Source: a virus (Duplodnaviria > Caudoviricetes). Taken from it: 25,664 nt of DNA. Shown one piece after another: positions 7,701 through 16,200 of the stretch. The translations under genes and the position numbers were made by a program. Below the pieces are notes generated by a model. It had not been told where the DNA came from. It saw only the letters and a list, made by a program, of their open reading frames with translations, and did no database searches. Position 1 is the stretch's first letter; each line of letters opens with the position of its first letter. The stretch covers positions 1-25,664 of the IMG/VR virus record IMGVR_UViG_3300017766_001736; one strand, written 5' to 3'.

Positions 7701-8945
7701 ATGGGAGTGAGAACACAAAATTGTACAAGAGAATATTTAGGAACTATTCCATTACCTAATCATGCTGATACATATACTGTAATATCACATGAATTTGTAA
7801 TTAGTAACACGTTAGAGCAATTAGCTCTACACGGGTTCACTGTTGCAGATGAGAAATATAGAGCAAACTCAGATGGGTCAATTGCTCAAGGTATATATTA
7901 CCTTAACTATACTAAAGATCCTGAAGTAGGTATGATGTTTGCCTGGTCTAATAGTTACAATAAACAAATGAGGTTTAAATGTGCTATTGGTGGTTATGTA
8001 TTCATATGTATGAATGGTGTAGTTGCCGGTGATATGGGTGCTTATAGTAGAAAACACTTAGGTAGTGCAGATACTGATACTATTAAAACTATTATTGAAC
8101 AGATCAGTAATGCAGATGAGTACTTTGATCAGATTGTATCAGATAAAGACAAGATGAAAAAGATCATGTTAACTGAAAGAAAGCAAGCTGAGTTATTAGG
8201 TATCTTATATGCTGAGTATGAAATACTTACTAATGAGCAAATATCTGTAGTTAAGAATCAAATGGAAAAGCCAAGTTATGATTATAACTGTGACTTTAAT
8301 TCATTATGGGCATTCTATAACCATGTTACTTATGCATTGAAGAAAGCACATCCTAAAGACTGGATGGATGATCAAAGAAGATTACATTGGTTTATTGCTA
8401 TGGAATTTGACTTGGTGAACTATACTGATGTTGAAGAAGATGTTATTGTGGATCCATTATTATTAAATTATGGACAACCTGAGAATCAGACAAACTTGTT
8501 AAATCAAATAGCTGAGTTTACAGAAGAACCATCAATATCTTTAGAAGATGAGTTTGAAATAGAACCAGAAACAACATGGGTTGAAGATGAAGTAATTATT
8601 TATGAAGATCCTGCAGGTAATACATTTGAGGCACCTGTTGTTGAAACTCAGGATAAAATAAGAACAGTAGAACCTAATGATGATGTTTTTGAAGAACCAG
8701 TGATATTTGATGATATTACAATTGATGGTGAACCTGATGATGCGTATCTTGCTAGAGTAACTTTTATTGAAGAAGAACCTAAAGTTGAACCAGAAAAGTT
8801 ATCTTTGGATGATATTCTTATTAGAATACCTAATGAGGAAAAAGCAGAAGAGGTTAAACCTACTGAAACTAAGGTAGTTGATGACTTTGACTTTAACTTT
8901 GATGATGAACCAAAAAATGATTTGGGAGGTGAATTCTTCCTATAA
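7701..8945 (+). CDS. DUF932-like domain protein with long acidic tail
   Basis: YTVISH, NSYNKQ...GGYVFICMNG...RKH, SLWAFYNHVT pattern typical of DUF932/DUF945-like phage proteins; about 170-aa D/E-rich tail ending GEFFL. Confidence 0.72.
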   Translation: MGVRTQNCTREYLGTIPLPNHADTYTVISHEFVISNTLEQLALHGFTVADEKYRANSDGSIAQGIYYLNYTKDPEVGMMFAWSNSYNKQMRFKCAIGGYVFICMNGVVAGDMGAYSRKHLGSADTDTIKTIIEQISNADEYFDQIVSDKDKMKKIMLTERKQAELLGILYAEYEILTNEQISVVKNQMEKPSYDYNCDFNSLWAFYNHVTYALKKAHPKDWMDDQRRLHWFIAMEFDLVNYTDVEEDVIVDPLLLNYGQPENQTNLLNQIAEFTEEPSISLEDEFEIEPETTWVEDEVIIYEDPAGNTFEAPVVETQDKIRTVEPNDDVFEEPVIFDDITIDGEPDDAYLARVTFIEEEPKVEPEKLSLDDILIRIPNEEKAEEVKPTETKVVDDFDFNFDDEPKNDLGGEFFL

Positions 8946-8989
8946 AAGCACTTGCTCCAAGGGAGTATAGTTAAACAAATATATCAATC

Positions 8990-9019
8990 AAGGGATGCAG
9001 AAATGTGTCCCTTTTTTTT
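8990..9019 (+). terminator. Intrinsic terminator
   Basis: AAGGGATGCA-gaaa-TGTGTCCCTT, GNRA loop, 8-T run. Confidence 0.8.
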
Positions 9020-9026
9020 ACCTTTG
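9019..9026 (+). promoter_or_regulatory. Putative Bacteroidota sigma-A -7 element (TAnnTTTG)
   Basis: TACCTTTG directly after the terminator and 15 nt before ATG 9042; no clear -33 TTTG. Confidence 0.45.
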
Positions 9027-9041
9027 TCTAAAATAAAAATT

Positions 9042-9440
9042 ATGCAAAAGCAATTACAATCTGTAAAAGATTTCCATGAGGGATTTCAACAAATAAATGG
9101 TACTGAGCCAGCATTGATTACTCATGAAGAAGTTCAGTTAAGACATAAGTTAATGGCTGAAGAGAATGATGAGTATTTAGAAGCATCATTAAAAGATGGT
9201 CTATATACTGAAGAAAGATTAACTGAGATTGCTGATGCATTAGGTGATCAGTTATATATTCTGTGCGGTACCATATTGAAACATGGAATGCAACATATTA
9301 TAGAAGATGTGTTTGATGAGATTCACAGGTCTAATATGAGTAAATTGGGCCCAGATGGTAAACCTATTTTACGTGAGGATGGTAAAATTCTTAAAGGTGA
9401 AGGTTACTTTAAACCAAATCTTAAACAATTTATTAAGTAA
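9042..9440 (+). CDS. MazG-like NTP pyrophosphohydrolase (DR2231/PRA-PH-like)
   Basis: VKDFH...EENDEY...EIADALGDQLYI...EIHRSNMSKL...REDGKILKG...YFKP. True start likely ATG 9042 (A-rich leader), since the ORF-track start 8952 spans a terminator. Confidence 0.88.
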   Translation: MQKQLQSVKDFHEGFQQINGTEPALITHEEVQLRHKLMAEENDEYLEASLKDGLYTEERLTEIADALGDQLYILCGTILKHGMQHIIEDVFDEIHRSNMSKLGPDGKPILREDGKILKGEGYFKPNLKQFIK

Positions 9441-9655
9441 TGAAAGCCATACTAGAGTTTAACTTACCTGAAGATGAACTTGATTTAAGCAATGCTATTA
9501 ATGGTAATAAATTCAAACTCATACTATGGGATATGGATCAGCATCTTAGAAACATTGTTAAGTATGGTGAAAATGAAGAAGCAGTAGAAGTTGCTGAAGA
9601 GTTAAGGAATAAGTTACGTGAGTATTTTTCAGAATATAATGTGTCAATAGAATGA
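9440..9655 (+). CDS. Small hypothetical phage protein (MKAILEFNLPED type)
   Basis: 71 aa; TAATG stop/start overlap with the upstream gene. Confidence 0.8.
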   Translation: MKAILEFNLPEDELDLSNAINGNKFKLILWDMDQHLRNIVKYGENEEAVEVAEELRNKLREYFSEYNVSIE

Positions 9656-9807
9656 AAGCAAAATATAATAATAAGACAGTTTACATTAAAAGTGTATCAG
9701 AATATAAAGAGTATGCACTTGTAAGTTATACAAAAAGTAAACCTATAGGTTTATTTAAAGTAAACATTACAGATTTAGAAGATGTAAACATTAAAGATTT
9801 AAAATAA
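9652..9807 (+). CDS. Small hypothetical protein (51 aa, not in ORF track)
   Basis: ATGA overlap with the upstream stop; MKAKYNNKTVYIKSVSEYKEYALVSYTKSKPIGLFKVNITDLEDVNIKDLK*; ends 2 nt before the terminator. Confidence 0.7.
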   Translation: MKAKYNNKTVYIKSVSEYKEYALVSYTKSKPIGLFKVNITDLEDVNIKDLK

Positions 9808-9809
9808 AT

Positions 9810-9844
9810 AAGGGAGAGCCAATTACGGTTCTCCCTTTTTTTTT
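9810..9844. terminator. Probably bidirectional terminator between the convergent modules
   Basis: AAGGGAGAGCC-aattac-GGTTCTCCCTT 11-bp stem; T9 on +, A-rich left flank gives TTATTTATTTT on -. Confidence 0.82.
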
Positions 9845-9979
9845 CTACTTCCCTTGACCTCTATATTTCTTTGTATATAGTTTTGAACTTTTAAGTTTAG
9901 ATGTTTTAGTTTTACCATGAACACCTGGTCTAGATACTTTTACTGAAGCTACTGCGCTTCCTGTTACTTTCTTTGCCAT
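9845..9979 (-). CDS. Small very basic protein ending YRGQGK (44 aa, not in ORF track)
   Basis: MAKKVTGSAVASVKVSRPGVHGKTKTSKLKSSKLYTKKYRGQGK*; starts 6 nt after the 1090-aa gene stop and ends at the terminator. Confidence 0.8.
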   Translation of the reverse strand: MAKKVTGSAVASVKVSRPGVHGKTKTSKLKSSKLYTKKYRGQGK

Positions 9980-9985
9980 TGTATT

Positions 9986-12900
9986 TTATCTTAATAAACT
10001 TTCAAATCCTTTAACTGCTTCTTCTGGAGCAATGTTATTTCCTGAATAACCCATTAGTTTTAAGAAATAAGCCCAAGCTTTATTATCTCCTTTTTCCCAT
10101 ATACCAGTATCTCTTTTATACTCTTCAGTTATATTCCATGGCATTATTTGAGCAATTACACGTACTATTCTTTCTAGTGTACCTGTTACAGCAGATGGTG
10201 ATTTTATTACACGCATTGCATCTCCAGGATTTATATAACTTGCTGTTTCACTACGCATTCTAACTAACTCATACATTATAAAATTATATGCATAAGATTT
10301 TCTTATTGCTTCATCATCAGGATCATCTCCACTAAATGCATAAGCTAATATAGCAGCAAGACCAGCTAATGTAAGTATAATTGACAACTCAGTTAATGTT
10401 CTTGTTATCTGTGCTTTTTCAAATGTAGAATATGTTGACCAGTTTTTTACAACATTAAATTTCATATTTTTAATATCTCTTAGCATAGTTGAAGCAAAAG
10501 TTCTATAGTAACCTTCTGTTGGACTACCAAGTTCTTGATCCATAGATACTTTTTTAAATCTTCTTTTATAACCAGGTACTAAATGTTTTTTATACATTAA
10601 AGCTAATCTACCTAATGAAAATCTTTGTACTGTAGCTTTATCAAAATCATTATATACACCATGTAATCTTTTACTTAATGCATGTAGTTTATTTTGAAAG
10701 CCAAATCTTTTCTTAGATGTAAAGTCAGTATTATCAAATATACCATCAGTACCATATTTTTTATAAGCTTCATGTAAAGTTATTTCTTCACCTGTTGCAT
10801 TATCTTTTACTTTTGTAGCATCCATTAATGCAAACATTGCAGATACTTGTATTTCATACTCACCCCAATGCTGGTTAAAGAATAATGTATTAGATCTCAT
10901 TAACTTTCTAGCAGCAGTCTGAGATACATTTTTACCATATTCATCTTTAAAGTTACCTTGCATTGGATCATATTCCTCTATTAACTTACCAGTTAATGAT
11001 TCTGGTGTTGACTTACCAAAGTCTGCTAATATATTTGGAACTACTGCAGCAAATTCTTTTTTACCTTTAAAATAATTTTTTGAAGAAAAGAATTCACCTG
11101 AGCTAGCTTCAATAATTAATTGTATATTACCTTGTAAGTTATTAGCAACACCTTTTAATACATCAGCTGCAATTGTTGTAACAGCTGAGAATCCAGTAAT
11201 TGTATTAGTAATTTTTGCTGCAGAAAAACCAAATAATTCTTCTGCTTTTTGCATTTCATTATATACAACCATGTCAATAAATGCATCAACATGTTTTTTA
11301 GAATAACTCTCACCATTCTTTCTTAAGAACTCATCAAAGCCTATTTTTTTAGCAAAAGCATCTCTAATAGGTTTACCAGTTGATGTATTAGCAATTACTT
11401 CTCTTTCACCAATAATAGTTTTAAATAAGTTTATTTCATTACCAATTCTATTTAATGCTTCATATCTATTAGACATAGCACTAAACATTAATACTGATCT
11501 TACTAAATCTAAACTAACATCTTCTGCTGGCATATCAGTTGTAAAATCTACTGGTAAAAATTTAACACCTTCTTCTGATAAACTACCAATACCAAAATCA
11601 ACATCTTCTGCAGTAATAGATGTAGCACTTTTAAACTTATGTTTAACTAAAGCTTTCATCCCTTTAGTTTGTGCATATTCAAAATCAGTTTTATATATTG
11701 ATGGAAGTAGATAACCTCTTTGTTGAGTCTCTGGTAATTTTTCTTGTGCTTCAAAATACTGATTAACTAAATATTGATGGTATTCACCTTTAGCATTTTT
11801 TGGTTTATCATTCTTATCATATAATGCTTCCCAATTTGAGTTTATATAATCTATTGATGGCTCACTTAATTCACCTTTATAATATACAGTACCATCTTTA
11901 CTAGTTACTTGTACACTTTCAACCCATGCTTCATAGTCATTTTGACTAAGTATACCTTTATTTTTTAATTTTTGTTTTGATGCAAATATTTTATCAATTT
12001 CTTCTTGTGTCTTAGCTACAGTATTTTTTCTGTACCACTCATTTTTTGTTTTAGTTTGTTGTGCATCTGACATTCCTGCAAGTGAAGCATACATTTGTTT
12101 TTTAGCAGCATTGAATTTATTCATATCATGCTTCTGTACAAATGCTACTTTTTTAATTGTCTCTTCAGTACCATCACTTTTAGTTTTAGTAAAAGTTAAA
12201 AACTCATAAATACCTTCATTGAATTTACCTGGATTATTTTGACTTGCGGGTACAGTAGTTTTATATTTTTCAAATTCTGCACTTGCTATATTTTTAATTT
12301 TAATGTCATCTAATCTAGCCATTTCCATTTCAGTCTTTACAGCAACTGCAAATAAACCTAGTGACTCATCATTAGATGATATTAATGGACTAATTAAAAA
12401 ATCAATAACACCTTCATCTTTAGTAGCTCTAGTTAATATTTCTACTAAAGATTTTTTATCTAGTGAAAAATTTGTCCATACATTTATCTCTTCCTGTATT
12501 CTAAGTTTTTCTTTTTCTTTTGTCTCTGTAGCTAACCTTTGTTTAAGTGACTCAATATGTGGTTGTATTCTATCTTCTATACCTTCTGCTTGGTACTCTA
12601 ATAACCATTCTGCCATTAAAGGTATACCAACTTGTACATATTTCTTTTTAATATTGTTTTTTACAGTTATTGCATATGTTAGCATCTCCTGAGCAGTTTT
12701 ATTTGAATCAGAATCTTTTTCATCTACTTCAGATGAGAAATAATTATAAACATCTTGTTTACTTATCTCATCTAGTATTGAGTAACCATTAGCAAAATCA
12801 TTTATAGCAGCAAGTTCAACTAGTAATTCTTTTCTATCTGCAGTACTTGCTTTTTGTAATATTGCTTCAAAAGCTAGTGATGCATTTTTTGATTTGTTAA

Positions 12901-13258
12901 ATGCTTCTTTAACAAACATGTTAATAGAATCCACACCATCTAATGCTTTTAATGTATCAAGTAATTTTTTCTTTTCTTCAAGTACTTTTTCTTGTTTCTT
13001 GAACTTTTTACCCTCAATCATTTTGATTTCTTTACTCACATATAAACGCATTTTATCCACTAAAGAGGATAACTTATCCTCTCTACTGTCTTCTGGGTCT
13101 TCTTGTGAATCTTTATCAGCTATATCATACTCATTTAAATCATCATTATCCTCAAAACCTCTTTCAACCCAGAGCTCTTTTGCTCTTTCTTCATTGCCAT
13201 TAGCTTCTTTAAGAATATCTTGATACTCCTGACTAGTTTTAATTGGGCACTTTAACAT
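9986..13258 (-). CDS. Large putative virion cargo/ejection protein with C-terminal TM segment
   Basis: 1090 aa, overlaps the RNAP stop by 7 nt; hydrophobic LSIILTLAGLAAILAYAF at about 10334-10387; single Cys (C4). Role inferred from crAss-like synteny. Confidence 0.7.
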   Translation of the reverse strand: MLKCPIKTSQEYQDILKEANGNEERAKELWVERGFEDNDDLNEYDIADKDSQEDPEDSREDKLSSLVDKMRLYVSKEIKMIEGKKFKKQEKVLEEKKKLLDTLKALDGVDSINMFVKEAFNKSKNASLAFEAILQKASTADRKELLVELAAINDFANGYSILDEISKQDVYNYFSSEVDEKDSDSNKTAQEMLTYAITVKNNIKKKYVQVGIPLMAEWLLEYQAEGIEDRIQPHIESLKQRLATETKEKEKLRIQEEINVWTNFSLDKKSLVEILTRATKDEGVIDFLISPLISSNDESLGLFAVAVKTEMEMARLDDIKIKNIASAEFEKYKTTVPASQNNPGKFNEGIYEFLTFTKTKSDGTEETIKKVAFVQKHDMNKFNAAKKQMYASLAGMSDAQQTKTKNEWYRKNTVAKTQEEIDKIFASKQKLKNKGILSQNDYEAWVESVQVTSKDGTVYYKGELSEPSIDYINSNWEALYDKNDKPKNAKGEYHQYLVNQYFEAQEKLPETQQRGYLLPSIYKTDFEYAQTKGMKALVKHKFKSATSITAEDVDFGIGSLSEEGVKFLPVDFTTDMPAEDVSLDLVRSVLMFSAMSNRYEALNRIGNEINLFKTIIGEREVIANTSTGKPIRDAFAKKIGFDEFLRKNGESYSKKHVDAFIDMVVYNEMQKAEELFGFSAAKITNTITGFSAVTTIAADVLKGVANNLQGNIQLIIEASSGEFFSSKNYFKGKKEFAAVVPNILADFGKSTPESLTGKLIEEYDPMQGNFKDEYGKNVSQTAARKLMRSNTLFFNQHWGEYEIQVSAMFALMDATKVKDNATGEEITLHEAYKKYGTDGIFDNTDFTSKKRFGFQNKLHALSKRLHGVYNDFDKATVQRFSLGRLALMYKKHLVPGYKRRFKKVSMDQELGSPTEGYYRTFASTMLRDIKNMKFNVVKNWSTYSTFEKAQITRTLTELSIILTLAGLAAILAYAFSGDDPDDEAIRKSYAYNFIMYELVRMRSETASYINPGDAMRVIKSPSAVTGTLERIVRVIAQIMPWNITEEYKRDTGIWEKGDNKAWAYFLKLMGYSGNNIAPEEAVKGFESLLR

Positions 13259-16200
13259 ATTGCTTTAAGTATTTTATTTATTAAATTGTTTAACTGACGC
13301 TGAGTTGACTGAGGATCAGTTGTAAGTTTATTTATTGCACCAAATACATCTTTAATATCAATACCTTTAAGGGCTAATATGTTATCTAATTTGTATTCTT
13401 TAACACCATTTATAACTTGTTTTGTAAAGTTATATAATTGTTTTTGATTAACAGGTGTGTCTAATGCAGTTTCTTCTACAATCTTACCAGTAAACATATT
13501 CATGTTTTTCATGAATATTGAACCTGTAGTTTTATCAACTAAATCATATAAGTTCATATTATTCAATACCCATTTACTTGGACCAACAATAAACTCTTTA
13601 GGCATTCTACCTAGTTTTGCTACTTCAGCATTGAATGCTTTCATATTTTTGTCTATCTCTGGTTCTTCAGTAATATCTGATTCACTTTTACTTACTTCTT
13701 TAACATTATAGTTTTTTCTTAAATCTTCAAGTGCTGCTTGATTTATTCTATCTTCATACTGACCAGTTGTCTCACCTTCTTGTTTAAAGATAGTATCATG
13801 TTTAACTTCATGTATTAAAGCAAATGTAAACCACTCATCAACAGTATTGAACTCATTTTCAGCTAAAGGTGTTGCATAACTTCCATCTAATTGTTTAGTT
13901 GGTTTAGTCCATGATTTATCATTAAATTTTTGTTGCATTGCTTTTGCATCAATGCTTATTACTCCTGTAGTTCTATTATTACTCATAGCAACAACAGCAT
14001 CTTTATTAGTTGTAATTTTATCTACAAAGTTTAATGGTTTATTTCTAAATGATTTTTTCTCTAAACCTTTATTAATTGTAAAAATCTCTTTCTTTTTAAC
14101 TTCACTTACTGGTTGAGTAGATAGTTGAGTAGCTTTAAATGTATTAGTATATACATCTCTAATAGCTTGTTTAGCAGCTGCTTCTACTTCAGGTCCTTTG
14201 TATTGAGCTCTAGGTACCCATTTACCATCTTTTTGTACATTATAATTTTCTATATCTCTACTACCTACACCAGCAAAGTTCTTAGTAAGAGTTGGTGTAT
14301 TTATTTCTTTCCAACCATTATAATTCCATTCATATTTAGTACTATCATAACCAGTTTTAAGAAACTCTGTATCTTGTGTATACCATTTTTTTGTATCTAA
14401 ATCAAATACATATACTGGTTTACCCATTTTTATTCCTAATTGAACAGCAGTATTTGTTCCACCCATAACTTCAGGTTTTGTAGTAGGTTTTATTTCAGCA
14501 ACAGCAAATACAGCATCTGCATTAGCTACTTGATAATAATTTCTTACTTGTAAGTTTCCTTGTAATGTATCTGGATATTTTTCTCCAAGCAATCTCTCTA
14601 CCTCATTACGGGCTTTATCCATCTGTTCTTTAGTAAGAATTGTAGCTTTAACACCTGCGTTTCTAAGTTTTTGAGATAAATTTGGATTACCTGCATCTTT
14701 ATAATGTCTTTGATCAGTGATACCGAATTCTCTACCTATCATGTCCCAGAAAGTATCACCTCCATAAGCACCACCAGAATGATTAGTATATTCAGATGCA
14801 TTAGTACTAACAGTTTGTTGTTGAGAAGGTTGAGTACCAAATGTAATAGTTTGTTCATTCTCACTTACATTACCTAATGGTAAGTTCTCTTCACTGTCAT
14901 ATTGAGTATCTGTTTTACTGCTTTGTTTTCTTGGTCCGGTATAACTAGATTTTAAATAATTATTCTGGCCAAACTCATTAGCAAATAATAAGTTAGCAAT
15001 CTCAGTAAGTGTTTTATTATTTAAGTTATTTTCTAAAAACTCTCTTGAACTTGGTTCTAGTAATGAGAAGTATACATCATCTGGTAGTACATAACTTAAA
15101 CCATACTTAGTATTACCAACTCCATTTTGATAAATAGACATAAGTGGTAATACTTTGAATGTATCAGATATAACTTGATTCTCTACAGGGTCTTTAACTT
15201 TAATAACATTATCATCAGCAAGATCTATTAAGTTTTGATAGTATGCTTCAGCTAATTCACCTTTAACAGCACTCTTATTATTTAATGTAATAGTTTTAGT
15301 AGTTACTGTTACAACCTCCTTTCCTTCTTTCTTTTTATTTTTAATAGTTACATCACTTAACTGTTCTAATATTGGGAATCTTTCTTTTAGGTTATTATGC
15401 TTACTTAATGTAAACATAAAATTATCTACAAATTCTTCTGTATCAAGATTATTAAATGATTCTGGTATACCTGGATAGCCTTCTTCACTATTTACTGCAT
15501 CATATAATTTATTTTGATAAATATAGTTTATAATAGCATTTTTATATGAAGATATAAATGCTTGTACCCCATCTCTACCTGGTCCAAATTTAGATGTAAT
15601 ATCACCACCTCTTGATTTTATTGTATCTAACATAAAATCAGATACTGTTTTATTATTAGTAACATTAAATAAAGGAGCAACAACATCATTAACAATAGCT
15701 TTGTCAAAGAATGTACCTAATATAGATTCTTTTAATAATCTTTCAGCTAATTCAGGTTCTATTTTAGATGAGTCAGCTGCTTCTTCTAGTGATACAACTT
15801 TTTGTAATATCTCTTGAATTGTTTTTGATGTTTTAGTATCTGGGTTAGCCTGTCTTTTTAAATTAGATATACCTTTGATTTCTCTTTCAAATTCTAAGAA
15901 ATGTAAAAATGCAGCTATTGCATTAGGACTAGACTTATCATAATCCTTAATATTTTTAGATAACTCATTTTCAGTAAACTGATTAATACCTTCAGTAGCT
16001 ACTTGTGTAACATAATACCAGTTATCATTTGATAATAAGTGATTTTTATTTACTGCTGTATATAATGGTATTGTTTTTTTATTACCATAAGCATCTTCTT
16101 TAGGTTTACCATTTTCATCTAATACATATTTAGGATCAGTATATTTTACAGATAATATATCTGATTGTTTAATACGTCCTGCATTAATTGCATCTAATAG

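Noticed and set aside
8952-9041. TTG-started N-terminal extension of the MazG-like ORF
   Set aside because: Spans a terminator hairpin and promoter-like box; the family-like sequence begins at ATG 9042.
13252-13258. Programmed frameshift fusing the RNAP to the 1090-aa protein
   Set aside because: No slippery heptamer before the stop; a simple overlap for translational coupling suffices.
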